Part shown: piece by piece, positions 46,240 through 56,139 of the stretch | How the letters are laid out: every line of letters begins with the position of its first letter | Position numbering within the stretch: position 1 is the stretch's first letter | Virus record (IMG/VR): IMGVR_UViG_3300044858_004955 | Location: 6,321-70,320 of that record | Reading direction: 5' to 3' (one strand) | Source of the DNA: a virus | DNA: 64,000 nt | Notes under the pieces: generated by a model | Database searches by the model: none | What the model was told of the DNA's origin: nothing | The model's input: only the letters and a program-made list of their open reading frames with translations | Translations under genes and position numbers: made by a program

Positions 46240-49200
46240 TTACGGGGCTACCTGCGGGCCTGCGCGTCCTATCTGCACCAATTCATTGAGCGCCTGCGTC
46301 TGCTTCTGAAGTTCCACAAGGTTCACGTCCCTTGCCGGGTCTTCGCCGCGGAGAAGCCTGTTGAGTTCCTGCTGGCCTTGGAGCGTGGATGCGTCCGATG
46401 CTTGCAGGGCGGCCCGCGACGGGCCTTGCAGGAGGGCGTTGGCGACTTCGTCGGAGAAGCCAGCGATGAGCGGAGCCTCTTGGCGAATGCGGTCTCCGAG
46501 GAATCTGTTGATTGCTTCGTCTCTTGCCCTCACGTCCACCAAGCCCGTTGTCTCTGCCGCTATTTCGCCGAACCGAGCGATGATGTCATTGATGCCCTGT
46601 TGAGTCTCCTCGGCGGCACGCTCGCCGGGCGTCATCGCCAACTGGCGGCCACGTTCCGGGTCGCCGAGCAGACGCCGAGCCTCCCTCGCCTCGAAGCCGT
46701 TCATCGTCTCGTCGAGGGCCGTCACTTCCGCCTCCAACGAACGGATAGCGTTGTTGAGGTCTTGCTCGGTACGGATGAGAACCGGGTCGGCTGGCGCAGC
46801 CCGCAACTGCTGCTGGACGGTTTCCCGCTGGAACTGGAGGTCGCGGAGCCTTGCTTGCTGGAATCCTGCGGCGGACCCGATCCGATCGATGGCGTCCTGC
46901 GTCCTGCCGATGACTGCTTCTATCTGCCTCGACGGGTTGAGCGTTCGCTCACGGCGCAAGCGGTCGGACTCGGCCTCAACGGCACTGCGTTGCGCACGGG
47001 TTCTGTCGATGACCTCCTGCTGTGTGGCAAGTATCGCGTCGCGTCGCTCGGCTGCACCCGGTGCGGTCGGGTTGGCGTTGAACTCGTTGATAGCGGCTTC
47101 AATGGCTTTGTTCGCGTTGTCAATTTCTGAAGACAGTGTGTCGATAATCACTCCGAGCGATCTAGCGCCGGGGACGCCTGCTTCAATCGCTTGCGTCACC
47201 TCGTTCTGCGCTGCCTCAAACCCGCGTGTGGCTGAATTGACTGACTCGACGTACTGCTTCAGTGCGTCGTCAAACGCCGAGTCGCTGAATCGCGCTTGTA
47301 ACTCTTGAAGTCTGGCCCTCTCTTCTCTGGCGGCCAGAATGTTTCTGTTGTCTCCGCCGAATGTTGAGACTAATCCAATGTCTTGGCTCGCGAGAGGGTT
47401 TATTTCCCGAATGCGTGCGTCAATCGCAGCGCGAATAGCAAGCGTGTTATTTGGGTCGATGAGTCCGGCAGCCCTCGCCGAGTCCGCCCCGATCCTCGGC
47501 GCAGTGTTCCCACTGTTGACGATCTGGTTGACGCCGAGCGACGCGATAGTTCCGATCGTGTCGAGGAACACGCCCTGCAAAAGTGCGGCCGTCGACTGAA
47601 ACCCGCGGAAGCCGATGGAGTTCGCTACTTCTGTGCGAGTCGGCGCCGGCCGATTCGGCAGTTCCTGCCGCAGACGACGACGCTCGTCTTGAAGTCCACC
47701 GATCTGGTCGCGGAGCGCGGCGGCCTGCCCGGCGTCAGTCACGTCCCTGAGGCGACGATTCAGGCTATTGATCTGGCCGTCGATTTCTCGGCCGCGGGGG
47801 TTTGCGGACACAAGCCGCTCTTCGCGGGCGTCGCGTTGCACCTTGATCAGCGACTCAAGGTCGCGAGTGAGTTGCCTCGCCTCCTTGGCGGCCGACGAAA
47901 ACCCGCGGGTCGTGATCGAGTCGGCGAGGTTGGAAAACGACTGCGCCAGTTGCTCGACAAGATTTCTCTGGCGCTCCAAAGCGTCGTTTAGCGCCTTGGT
48001 CTGGTCTTCCGCTGCCTGACCGCTGTTGATGAACCTGACTATTCCAGCGATTGCCTGAGCGCCAACAGAAACACCGAGAGCAACGAAAAGCCCGCTCGTG
48101 CCTCCGACGATGAAGCCGAGTTGCGTCAGGTTGTTTCCGATCGCACGAATCCTCTGCTCGAACCCTCCCGTGACGCTAAAGAAGTCATCGACGGCGAACG
48201 CGGCCTGCTGAAGACCGAGGCTAAATCTGTCAATGCCGCCTCTGGCAATGTCGCCGGACCTGTTGAGGTCACCGAGTATTCTCCCCTGAGAACCGCCGCC
48301 GGCGGCCGACAGGGTCGCCGCCAACTCGCGCCTCAGTGCGGCCAGTTCGGCGCGACCGCTTTCGGTATCGATTGTCCCGGCGTCGAACAGTCTCTGGGCA
48401 ACCTGTCTGAAATTCTCCAAAGCCTGCAAAGTTGGCCCGCGGGCCTCGGCCGCGAGGCGGGAAAGCCTTTGCTGGACAAACTCGATCTGCCCTCCAGCCG
48501 CACGGAGGGACTGCTGATCCACTCCGAGGCCGAGTCCGGCGATGCCTTCTCCGCCGAACTGGCCGAGGAATTGCTGGCCGAGGCTTGCGCGTGTGTTGAG
48601 CGCGGCGGCAACGGCGGCGATCTGCCGCTGGAGTTCGCGTGCCTGCTCGGCCGTGAACGCCACACCCTGTCTTGCCAGAAGCCTGAAGCGATTGTTGAGG
48701 TTGTCGACGCCGGGTCCGAGGGTCGCTCCGATGTCGGGCAGTTCCCTGAGACGACGACGAACAACGTCGATCTCGCCTCCGAGGTTCTGGAGTATGCGGT
48801 TGCGGGCGCGGTTTGGTTCGAGGTTTGTTTGATCTGGAGTCGGTTGGTCGATGATTGGCGGAAGAAGCGCAGTAGCGACCTCGCGTCGGCGGCGCTGATC
48901 GTCGGCGGCGGCGGTCGCCGCGCTGATGCCCGGCTCGAGCCTATCCAGCACGTCGTTCAGCCGGCTGGCGTTCGCTGTTCCGGCCTCGACTCGGTCAGAT
49001 ACATTTCTTGCGATTCCGGCGAGCGTGGCAAGTCCTAGTCTCGCTTTTTCTGGCAGTTTCGCGTACTCGTCGGACAGCCTTCTTGCTCTCGCAATTGCCT
49101 GCTCTGTTTCTGTTTCCGTCACGCCACCGAACAGGCCGAGGCCACGCTGTTGTGGAGGCGCATCCAGCAACTGAAACCCACGGGTTGATGGCGATTCCGT

Positions 49201-50343
49201 TTTTAGGCTTGATTTGATCTCCTCGCGAACCCGCCGAGCCGTCTCCCTCGCCTGCTCGAGCCGGCGGACGGCGTCGTCTGCGTCCACGCCGAGTCTCGGC
49301 CTCTGCTGCACCTCCAACTGGTACTGGGCGACTAGGTCTTCCGCTTGGTTGAGTTGCGCAAGAAGCCCAGAGAATTGCGACGGGTCGGCCGCCTCCGATG
49401 CCGCCTGCCGAAGTGCTGCGGACGAACGCAACTCTCTCGCGACGCCCGGGTTCGTGAAGATCAGTTCGTTGCCACGAGGGCCGGCGGAGGTGAGCGCCTG
49501 CAACTCCGCTACCAGTCGCGTCTGCCGCTCCAGTTGCGAGTTGACTTCTCCGAGCCGCTGCACCTGACCATCCAGAGCGCCCTGCGCCCGTGCGATCGCG
49601 GCGTAGTCCTCGCTTCTTGTGTTGCGGATGTTCTCCAGAATCGCGAGCAGCCTCGCGGCCTCTTCCGCCTCGCGCTGCTGGAGCGCGACGATTCTGGCGA
49701 TCTCGTTGCCGCGACTGTTTCTCGCGCTCGCCGGCAGAGAGCCGGCCTGACCCTGAATCGCGGCGGCACGCTGAAGTTCGGATTGCAGGCCAGCCTGCTG
49801 GAACCGCAACTCCTGACCGCTCGCGAGGCCGGAGACTGCTGCGCCGGCCTCGGAGAGGCGGCGGATCGAAATCACCGTCTCATCGACGACTCGCTTGTAT
49901 CGCTCGTAGTCTTGGGCGCCCTTGATCGCGCCGCGCGATATTTCAGCCTGAGTGGTCGCAGCCGCTTCCTGCGCCTGCACCAACGACCCGATGAATTCGT
50001 TCTGGATCGTTGCCGACAGGCCCGAGAACGCCTTGGCGCTTGATCCGAGCGGCCTTGCGATGTCCTCGGCGGCACCGACAATCGCACGCAGTTTCTCTTC
50101 AGCACCGCCGGTGTCGATGTTCAGGCGGTCTCGCGACCTCGCCTGAATCGCACGCTCTAGTCGCTGGATCGGCGTGAAAATCTGGTCGAATGACCGAGCG
50201 GCAGCCGAGTTGGCCGAAGAGAGCGTCGAACTGATCCGCTTGGCGAAGCGATCGACGTCCTTGGCGCTGTTGTCCAGCCCACGGCTGAACTGCGCCATGT
50301 TGATCGTGCCGACTGCGGCGATCTTGCCGATGTAGTTCGCCAT
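46240..50343 (-). CDS. tail tape measure protein
   Basis: 1367 aa Ala/Arg/Gln-rich helical protein after frameshifted chaperones; central hydrophobic segment. Confidence 0.9.
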   Translation of the reverse strand: MANYIGKIAAVGTINMAQFSRGLDNSAKDVDRFAKRISSTLSSANSAAARSFDQIFTPIQRLERAIQARSRDRLNIDTGGAEEKLRAIVGAAEDIARPLGSSAKAFSGLSATIQNEFIGSLVQAQEAAATTQAEISRGAIKGAQDYERYKRVVDETVISIRRLSEAGAAVSGLASGQELRFQQAGLQSELQRAAAIQGQAGSLPASARNSRGNEIARIVALQQREAEEAARLLAILENIRNTRSEDYAAIARAQGALDGQVQRLGEVNSQLERQTRLVAELQALTSAGPRGNELIFTNPGVARELRSSAALRQAASEAADPSQFSGLLAQLNQAEDLVAQYQLEVQQRPRLGVDADDAVRRLEQARETARRVREEIKSSLKTESPSTRGFQLLDAPPQQRGLGLFGGVTETETEQAIARARRLSDEYAKLPEKARLGLATLAGIARNVSDRVEAGTANASRLNDVLDRLEPGISAATAAADDQRRRREVATALLPPIIDQPTPDQTNLEPNRARNRILQNLGGEIDVVRRRLRELPDIGATLGPGVDNLNNRFRLLARQGVAFTAEQARELQRQIAAVAAALNTRASLGQQFLGQFGGEGIAGLGLGVDQQSLRAAGGQIEFVQQRLSRLAAEARGPTLQALENFRQVAQRLFDAGTIDTESGRAELAALRRELAATLSAAGGGSQGRILGDLNRSGDIARGGIDRFSLGLQQAAFAVDDFFSVTGGFEQRIRAIGNNLTQLGFIVGGTSGLFVALGVSVGAQAIAGIVRFINSGQAAEDQTKALNDALERQRNLVEQLAQSFSNLADSITTRGFSSAAKEARQLTRDLESLIKVQRDAREERLVSANPRGREIDGQINSLNRRLRDVTDAGQAAALRDQIGGLQDERRRLRQELPNRPAPTRTEVANSIGFRGFQSTAALLQGVFLDTIGTIASLGVNQIVNSGNTAPRIGADSARAAGLIDPNNTLAIRAAIDARIREINPLASQDIGLVSTFGGDNRNILAAREERARLQELQARFSDSAFDDALKQYVESVNSATRGFEAAQNEVTQAIEAGVPGARSLGVIIDTLSSEIDNANKAIEAAINEFNANPTAPGAAERRDAILATQQEVIDRTRAQRSAVEAESDRLRRERTLNPSRQIEAVIGRTQDAIDRIGSAAGFQQARLRDLQFQRETVQQQLRAAPADPVLIRTEQDLNNAIRSLEAEVTALDETMNGFEAREARRLLGDPERGRQLAMTPGERAAEETQQGINDIIARFGEIAAETTGLVDVRARDEAINRFLGDRIRQEAPLIAGFSDEVANALLQGPSRAALQASDASTLQGQQELNRLLRGEDPARDVNLVELQKQTQALNELVQIGRAGPQVAP

Positions 50344-50344
50344 C

Positions 50345-50665
50345 TCACGATCCTTGCGGCGGGCCGAACAACTTGGACAACTCCGCGATCATCTGCTCGT
50401 TGGACTGCGGCTTCTTCCGTGACGCCGGGATGAACACGTCCTCGTCGGGGAGGCGCTTGTAGTTCCCGCTCGCGGCCATGATCGTCCGGCAGATGCGTGC
50501 CGTTTGGAGCCACGGGTTGGGGAGCGGATATATCTGGTCAAACGCTGCCCACTCGGAGAGTTCCTCGCTGTCGACGGTGTTCAAGAGTTCCTTGACGCTG
50601 CGGCCGAGCGCCAGAGCCAGCCTCAGGTAGAAGAGGCGTTCTGGGCGCTCGGCGAATCGTTTCCC
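50345..50665 (-). CDS. tail assembly chaperone -1 frameshift extension (gpGT-like)
   Basis: RLALALGRSVKEL..ELSEW in the -1 frame. Confidence 0.8.
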   Translation of the reverse strand, partial: GKRFAERPERLFYLRLALALGRSVKELLNTVDSEELSEWAAFDQIYPLPNPWLQTARICRTIMAASGNYKRLPDEDVFIPASRKKPQSNEQMIAELSKLFGPPQGS

Positions 50666-50988
50666 AGCGCCTCCACGGCGGCCGGCGTGAAGGCGTTGAA
50701 CTCCCACGCGACGTCGAACAGGCGGTTGATCACCGCGCTCGACTTCTTGTTGAGAGCCTCCACCTCGTCGTTCGTGAAGAGGCGGTCGCCGTCGGAGTTG
50801 CAGATCGTCAGCACGAGGAACCTCGTGCGGAACGACTCCATCTTCTTGTCGGCGAACGCCTGCTCGAACACGTCGCGATCGGCCCCGCTGATGACGCGGA
50901 CGCAGACGCTGCCACCCCACTCGGCGACCTCGACCTCCTTGGTCTTGATGTCCTTCGCTTCGAGGATCGCCTTCTTCGACAGGATCAC
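50623..50988 (-). CDS. tail assembly chaperone (gpG-like)
   Basis: ILSKKAIL..VAEWGGSV..GDRLFT; GGAGG RBS. Confidence 0.85.
   Translation of the reverse strand: MILSKKAILEAKDIKTKEVEVAEWGGSVCVRVISGADRDVFEQAFADKKMESFRTRFLVLTICNSDGDRLFTNDEVEALNKKSSAVINRLFDVAWEFNAFTPAAVEALGNDSPSAQNASST
50659..50665 (-). other. -1 ribosomal frameshift slippery site G GGA AAC
   Basis: X XXY YYZ heptamer in correct phase joining the two chaperone frames. Confidence 0.85.
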
Positions 50989-50998
50989 GGATAACCTC

Positions 50999-51364
50999 CT
51001 ACACCGTGGAATCGGTCATACGAAACTTCAACTGGCCGCGAACCACGTCGGCCGTTTGTGCTGTGACAGTCGCGCTCTCGAGAATCGCCCGCCGACTGAC
51101 CGAGTAGGCGGAACTGGTGAACGCAAGGATGCCGTTGGTCCCTACAATCGTCTGCGGGTCGGTGCCGCCGGCGTAGAGGAAGTCCACGGTCACCGAGCCG
51201 CCCGTGATCGCTCCGGTCGCGACCTGCACCGTGTACCCCGTCGCGTCGCCGACGCCTGTCATGTCCACGATCTCGGCGACTGGCGTCTCCACCTGCACGC
51301 TGGTCACCGTCGCGGCGATGCCGTTGAAGGTGAAGGTCGCGTTGTAGGGCACGCCGACTGGCAC
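50999..51364 (-). CDS. tail tube-like protein 3
   Basis: TFTF..TSVQV..VVRGQLKFR. Confidence 0.65.
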   Translation of the reverse strand: MPVGVPYNATFTFNGIAATVTSVQVETPVAEIVDMTGVGDATGYTVQVATGAITGGSVTVDFLYAGGTDPQTIVGTNGILAFTSSAYSVSRRAILESATVTAQTADVVRGQLKFRMTDSTV

Positions 51365-51366
51365 GG

Positions 51367-51723
51367 TCAGACCTGCACGCGGAAGGAGGCGCTCCCTCGC
51401 ACCAAGTCACCAGCACTCGCGGTGACCTGCACCGACACGCACGTCGCGACGGCGCCCGTGAAGGAGAACGCTCCGGCGATTGAGATCGCCCCGGTCGCCC
51501 CAATGGCCGGCGGCGTGCCGGAGATGAACTCCAACTCGACGTTCGGCCGCTCGTCCGCTGTGCGGTGCGTGATGTACGTCGGCTCGAAGTCGTCGCGGCC
51601 CATTCCCATGTGCGGGGCCGAGACTGTCGCACGCTCGGAGCCGCCGACGTATCGCACGCTCGTGGCTGCGAATGTGGCGGCTGCGAACGTGAACGTCGTG
51701 CCTTGGGACGAGCGGCCCGCCAT
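51367..51723 (-). CDS. tail tube-like protein 2
   Basis: SQGTTFTF..GDLVRGSASFR. Confidence 0.65.
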   Translation of the reverse strand: MAGRSSQGTTFTFAAATFAATSVRYVGGSERATVSAPHMGMGRDDFEPTYITHRTADERPNVELEFISGTPPAIGATGAISIAGAFSFTGAVATCVSVQVTASAGDLVRGSASFRVQV

Positions 51724-51726
51724 CGC

Positions 51727-52062
51727 TTACGCGACGCGGAACGTCGCACTCCCAGAGACGAGGGCGCCGACCGACCCGCCGAGCGACGCGGACGCACAGG
51801 TCGCGTTGCCGCTGAAGTTGATCGGCCCCGTGATCGACAGGGCGCCAGACACACCGGCGGTGAGGATGTTCGTGGAGATGTAGTCGACGGTGACCTCGCG
51901 GTCGGTCGCGAAGCCGCCGACGAACTCTCGCCGCTGGTTCGGGCCGATGCCGAGGTGGCTGCCGTCGATGAGGTCTTGCGTGTCATTGACCTGCACGCTG
52001 GTGATCGTCAGCGTCGTGCCGCCGAACGAAAACGTGAGTCCCTGTGCGGAAATACCAGCCAT
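51727..52062 (-). CDS. tail tube-like protein 1 (likely major)
   Basis: AAGGAGG RBS; AQGLTFSF..GALVSGSATFR. Confidence 0.7.
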   Translation of the reverse strand: MAGISAQGLTFSFGGTTLTITSVQVNDTQDLIDGSHLGIGPNQRREFVGGFATDREVTVDYISTNILTAGVSGALSITGPINFSGNATCASASLGGSVGALVSGSATFRVA

Positions 52063-52101
52063 TGTCGCGCCTCCTTGCGCTTGGTTGTCTTTTTCAGTGG
52101 T

Positions 52102-52524
52102 CTAAGACTGCGACTCCTGCCACCTCGCCTGCCACAGTTGCCGGACCTCGTAGGCCGGAGGCATCTGCGAACCGACGGTGGTGGGGTCGAGGAAGTCGTC
52201 CGTCTCCGACACCAACCTCATATCTTCAATTGTAACCCCGGCAAGCGTGCCAGTTCGGCCGTCCAGCGCAAGCCGGACGTCGTCCGCGAGTTCCCTCGCG
52301 GCGTCGTGGGTGAGCGCCCACGAGGCGACTTGGATGCTGACCATCGGCAGGTAAAGCGGCCCCGAGAGCGTCGACTCGCGGGCCACATTTGCCCTCTTGT
52401 AGACAAGGAACGGGAAGTCGGTCTTCGGCACCGCCACGGCGTAGATACGGAACCCGACCCGCCGGGCCACGGCCGGGTTGCCGGCGAGGACTTGGTAGAT
52501 GTGCTTTTCGGGCTGGAGGAGCAT
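52102..52524 (-). CDS. tail terminator (DUF3168-like)
   Basis: RIYAV..FPFLVY..ADDVRLALDG. Confidence 0.75.
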   Translation of the reverse strand: MLLQPEKHIYQVLAGNPAVARRVGFRIYAVAVPKTDFPFLVYKRANVARESTLSGPLYLPMVSIQVASWALTHDAARELADDVRLALDGRTGTLAGVTIEDMRLVSETDDFLDPTTVGSQMPPAYEVRQLWQARWQESQS

Positions 52525-52526
52525 GG

Positions 52527-53303
52527 CTAGTTGCTCAGGTCGGCGACGAACTTGGTCAGGGACGCCCGAACGGCCGACAGGACGGCCTGCCGGCTGTCTC
52601 CGATGGCACGCTCCATCGGGTGCGTGGCACGCATGGCGCCGTAGGTCTCGCCCGGCGACAGGAAGTACGGCCGCGTGCCGCCGCCGCTCGTGCGGACAAA
52701 CGCCCCGCGGCCGGTCCTGCGGGCCGGGTGCCGCTCGTTGATGCTGCCCATCAGGAAGTAGTACCCGCGGCCCATCTGCTCGAATTGCTCGTTGTCGAAG
52801 ACGAACCCGCCGTCGCGGTTCGTAATCCGCCGGAAACGCCGGTTGATCTTCTCGTGGACGTTCAGGTACGTGCGGCGGTTCTGGGTCGCTGGCCGGCGGC
52901 GGTCGGTGCCGAATTCGACGAGCCAAGCGTGGTTTCCGGCCCCCTTCTCCTCGACGTCCCACTCTTTGCCAGCCACGGCGTGCTGCGGGCCGGCGACGGC
53001 GATGTAGATGCCTTCGTAGGTCCGCTTTCCCTTCCGCGAGACCGTGGCCCGGCTCAGATTCCCGGTGACGCTGTTGACCTTCCCGCGGTACGAGTCGCGG
53101 ACGGCCTCCATGCCTTTGATAATCGACTTCTGGAGGTAGCCGCCGGGGTCTTGCAGGCACTTGTCTGCCGCCCGCTCTAGTGCGTTGATCAGGTCGCCGA
53201 TGCCGGAGATGTCGAAACTGGCGAACGACTCCGCCGCCTCGCGGGCCGTGCCGCCGCGAGGCAGAATCCGCGATGTCGTTGCGTCGAGGCGAACTGCCAT
53301 CAC
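52527..53303 (-). CDS. HK97 gp10-like tail completion protein
   Basis: TGNLSRA, HAWLVEFGT, HPMERA. Confidence 0.7.
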   Translation of the reverse strand: MMAVRLDATTSRILPRGGTAREAAESFASFDISGIGDLINALERAADKCLQDPGGYLQKSIIKGMEAVRDSYRGKVNSVTGNLSRATVSRKGKRTYEGIYIAVAGPQHAVAGKEWDVEEKGAGNHAWLVEFGTDRRRPATQNRRTYLNVHEKINRRFRRITNRDGGFVFDNEQFEQMGRGYYFLMGSINERHPARRTGRGAFVRTSGGGTRPYFLSPGETYGAMRATHPMERAIGDSRQAVLSAVRASLTKFVADLSN

Positions 53304-53620
53304 TGCACCTCTCTGGCGAGCATCTCGAGGTACGTGCGCTTCCCGCGCTCCGTCACGCTCGCCAACTCCATTGTCCTGCCCCTCCAGACCACGCGGTGGA
53401 GGTGCGTGACATCCTCGCGATACCGGATGCGGATGCGGTGGGTGGCGATCACGTTGGCCTGCTGGGCTTGCAGGACGTCCCGGCTCGACAGCCCCTCAAC
53501 CTGCGCCCAGAACGTCCCGACGGTCGTCTCCCACGAGAACGTCGACTCGCCAGAGAAACTCCGCGTCTCCGTCGGGGCGAGGATCGTGACCCGCTCGGTG
53601 TACTTGCCGATGTCGATCAC
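53300..53620 (-). CDS. head closure / head-tail adaptor (SPP1 gp16-like)
   Basis: GKYTERVTI..THRIRIRYR..RVVWRGR. Confidence 0.85.
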   Translation of the reverse strand: MIDIGKYTERVTILAPTETRSFSGESTFSWETTVGTFWAQVEGLSSRDVLQAQQANVIATHRIRIRYREDVTHLHRVVWRGRTMELASVTERGKRTYLEMLAREVQ

Positions 53621-54075
53621 GACACGCTCCCGTTCCCGAGGAGCACGATGTCGTAGGAGCCGCCGTTGGTCCCGGTCACCGTCACGCCGGAGGCCGACAT
53701 CCCAGTCGCCGACGGGTCGGACTGCACCGCCACGGCGCCGGCCGCCACGGTCAGGCCGGAGGCCGGGAACGGCGCCCCGGCGAACGCGAGGCTCGACGCC
53801 CCCTTGTTTCGCACGTAGTAGAGTTTCACGGCCGTGAGCGTCACGGTGACCGTGGCCCCGTCACGGACGTCCGCGAGCGTCGCCAGCGAGAACGTCTGCG
53901 ACGCACCCGAGAGCGTCTTCGTGGCACTCCATGCCAGTTGGGCTTGGTTGCCCGCCGTGCCATTCGTCAGCGTCTGGGCGTAGGACGCCGGCGTCACACG
54001 CAGCGACGAGGACAGGTCCGTCGCCGAGGTCTCGTGGGCCAGTACCGACAGGCTGATCTGTGCCGAGAATGCCAT
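53617..54075 (-). CDS. virion structural protein (neck/collar candidate)
   Basis: Beta-rich, VKLYYVRN; paralog of 54079 gene. Confidence 0.6.
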   Translation of the reverse strand: MAFSAQISLSVLAHETSATDLSSSLRVTPASYAQTLTNGTAGNQAQLAWSATKTLSGASQTFSLATLADVRDGATVTVTLTAVKLYYVRNKGASSLAFAGAPFPASGLTVAAGAVAVQSDPSATGMSASGVTVTGTNGGSYDIVLLGNGSVS

Positions 54076-54078
54076 CGC

Positions 54079-54567
54079 TCACGTCCCCATCGCGTAGAAC
54101 TCGTACCGTTCGGAAGGCACGCCGCCAACCCGGAGGATCGATCCCCCGACGGTCGCTCCGAACCCGTCCGAGTTCGGGCACGACAAAAGCCACGCCCCCA
54201 GCGGCCGGATCGGAAACCCGCGGAGCGTCAGGCTCCCGAGGTTGACCATCGGCGAGAAGTTCCACGACGTCGCGTCCTGTCGGAATATCGAGAACTGCGT
54301 GCCGCTCCAGCCGGCCGACAAGCCGATCGCAGACGTCTCCGAGAGGTTCTTGACGAAGAGCAACTTCACGACCGCGAGGCCGCCTGTTGCGAAGTCAATC
54401 TCGTCGTACCCGATCGCTCCGAACGTCCGCCGCTCCGCGTACACGATGTCGCAGTCGCCGGCATCCACGCCGATCGAGATCGGCTTCACCTCGACACCCG
54501 TCGCCAGCCCGCTCTGCGTCGTGCGGCGGGCGTCGACGCTTGCGCGAATCTGGGCGGTGAGGGTCAT
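54079..54567 (-). CDS. virion structural protein (neck/collar candidate)
   Basis: MTLTAQI..VKLLFVKN. Confidence 0.6.
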   Translation of the reverse strand: MTLTAQIRASVDARRTTQSGLATGVEVKPISIGVDAGDCDIVYAERRTFGAIGYDEIDFATGGLAVVKLLFVKNLSETSAIGLSAGWSGTQFSIFRQDATSWNFSPMVNLGSLTLRGFPIRPLGAWLLSCPNSDGFGATVGGSILRVGGVPSERYEFYAMGT

Positions 54568-55214
54568 CGGTAGCCGGCCCACCCGGAGGCCGCCAAGAGC
54601 GTGTCGAACGTCTGCGGCACCGGCAGCACCTGCGAGTAGCCGGTGACCACGGGCTGCCGCATCTCGAACCAGTGTGCGACCAAGAGCGCGATCGCCTGCC
54701 GGAGGATCGGCGGCGTCGAGGGACCGGAGGAGCCGTAGCCGGCCGTCCACTGCACGACCACGCTGTTCTCGTCGCCTCGCACCGCTGGCCAGACGCCGTT
54801 GTAGTTGGGGTAGATGCGGCCCGGCGTCGTGTAGCGATCGACCTGAAAGTCGCCGGCGGCGCTCGAGAGCGAAAGATTCTGCCCTGCCTCGTTGCGGTAG
54901 GTGACCGTCACGGTCTCCGGCTGCATCGGCGGGCGGGGCAGAATGAGTTCCCACAACGGGAACACGTCATAGCGGGCCTGCCAGACCTGCGTGATGACGC
55001 TGATGTCGAGGATGTCCTCGACGTACTGCCTCGCGGCCGTGATGTACGTCTGGACGAGAGCGTCGGATGTGTCGTCGTCGATCCTGCACTGCGCCTTCGC
55101 CTCGGCGAGGCTCAACGGCTCGACCACGGGCGGCGTGGCCTGATACAGGCTCCGGTACGGCGTGATTCCGATCGTCGGTGATCGCGGCTCGCCGTAGACA
55201 ATCGTGACGTTCAT
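54564..55214 (-). CDS. head-tail connector protein (gp6-like)
   Basis: EPLSLAEAKAQCRID..AARQYVE..AGYG..LLVAHWFEMR. Confidence 0.9.
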   Translation of the reverse strand: MNVTIVYGEPRSPTIGITPYRSLYQATPPVVEPLSLAEAKAQCRIDDDTSDALVQTYITAARQYVEDILDISVITQVWQARYDVFPLWELILPRPPMQPETVTVTYRNEAGQNLSLSSAAGDFQVDRYTTPGRIYPNYNGVWPAVRGDENSVVVQWTAGYGSSGPSTPPILRQAIALLVAHWFEMRQPVVTGYSQVLPVPQTFDTLLAASGWAGYR

Positions 55215-55414
55215 TTCTTCGGCTTCCTGCGGTGCTGCTCGACGGCCCGCTCGAGCGGCGGATCGGTCGCGTCCGCGGTCTCAACCTCTGGCGGAGCCGG
55301 CCGGACCTCCTCGATCAGGCCGCGGGCGGCTAGGACACGGGCCATCCCGTCGCCCCAGTCGAACTCTTGGCCTTCCTTGTAGTTCGCGAAGTTCTTCTTG
55401 ATCCGCACTCTCAT
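55211..55414 (-). CDS. small hypothetical protein
   Basis: MRVRIKK..ARVLAARGL; ATGA overlaps. Confidence 0.6.
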   Translation of the reverse strand: MRVRIKKNFANYKEGQEFDWGDGMARVLAARGLIEEVRPAPPEVETADATDPPLERAVEQHRRKPKK

Positions 55415-56139
55415 GCCACGAATCCCCACGCGCCCTCCGGCGCCTGCTGGCCGCTGTTCCAATACTCGGTCGTGTGCTGCTGAATCTTGCCGCCTTCGAC
55501 CGTGCGGCTGGGCCATGTGATCATCAGTTCGGCGTGGCCGACGCTGACGTGCGTCGCGATGCCCAGCGTGTTGCCGGCGGACTCCCACGCGCGCCAGAAT
55601 GCGATGTCCTCATCGACGTGACCGCCGGTGAACTCGCCCTGCTCGTTTGCCTTCGCCAAGAACCACGGCTTGGGCGTCTTCTTGAGCGCCGAACACCGCA
55701 GGAACGTGCAGCCGAAGTGCGCCGTCGCGACCCGCTGGACGGGCTTCTTGAACCAGTCCTCGTCGACCGTCGTCTGCTGCTCCGGCGTGACGCCCGGCAG
55801 GGCGAACATCACCGCGTTCGCCTCCCGCTTCGTCTGGAGCGGAGCGATCGCGTCCACTCCCGAGTGCATCAGGAGTGCGAGCAGCGCTTCGATCGTCTTC
55901 GACGTGAAGATCGTGTCGTAGTCGAACGTCAGGATCACGTCGTGGTTGTCCACGACGGTTTCCATCGAACGCTGGAGGCATTGCCCCCAAAACGCCCCGG
56001 TGTACTTGATCGGCGAGATGCGATGCGGCGCGAGAGCCTGCGCGACGCAGAAGAAGTTGTCCGTGAAGCCGAGGCGTGGCGTGCTCATCAGAGCAGCCAC
56101 TTTGACCTCGGCTTCCACGTTGCCGATACGCAGTAGCAT
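55411..56139 (-). CDS. putative GT-A glycosyltransferase in head module
   Basis: TFDYD (DxD), HFGCTFL, DEDIAFW, VGH; AAGGAG RBS. Confidence 0.65.
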   Translation of the reverse strand: MLLRIGNVEAEVKVAALMSTPRLGFTDNFFCVAQALAPHRISPIKYTGAFWGQCLQRSMETVVDNHDVILTFDYDTIFTSKTIEALLALLMHSGVDAIAPLQTKREANAVMFALPGVTPEQQTTVDEDWFKKPVQRVATAHFGCTFLRCSALKKTPKPWFLAKANEQGEFTGGHVDEDIAFWRAWESAGNTLGIATHVSVGHAELMITWPSRTVEGGKIQQHTTEYWNSGQQAPEGAWGFVA

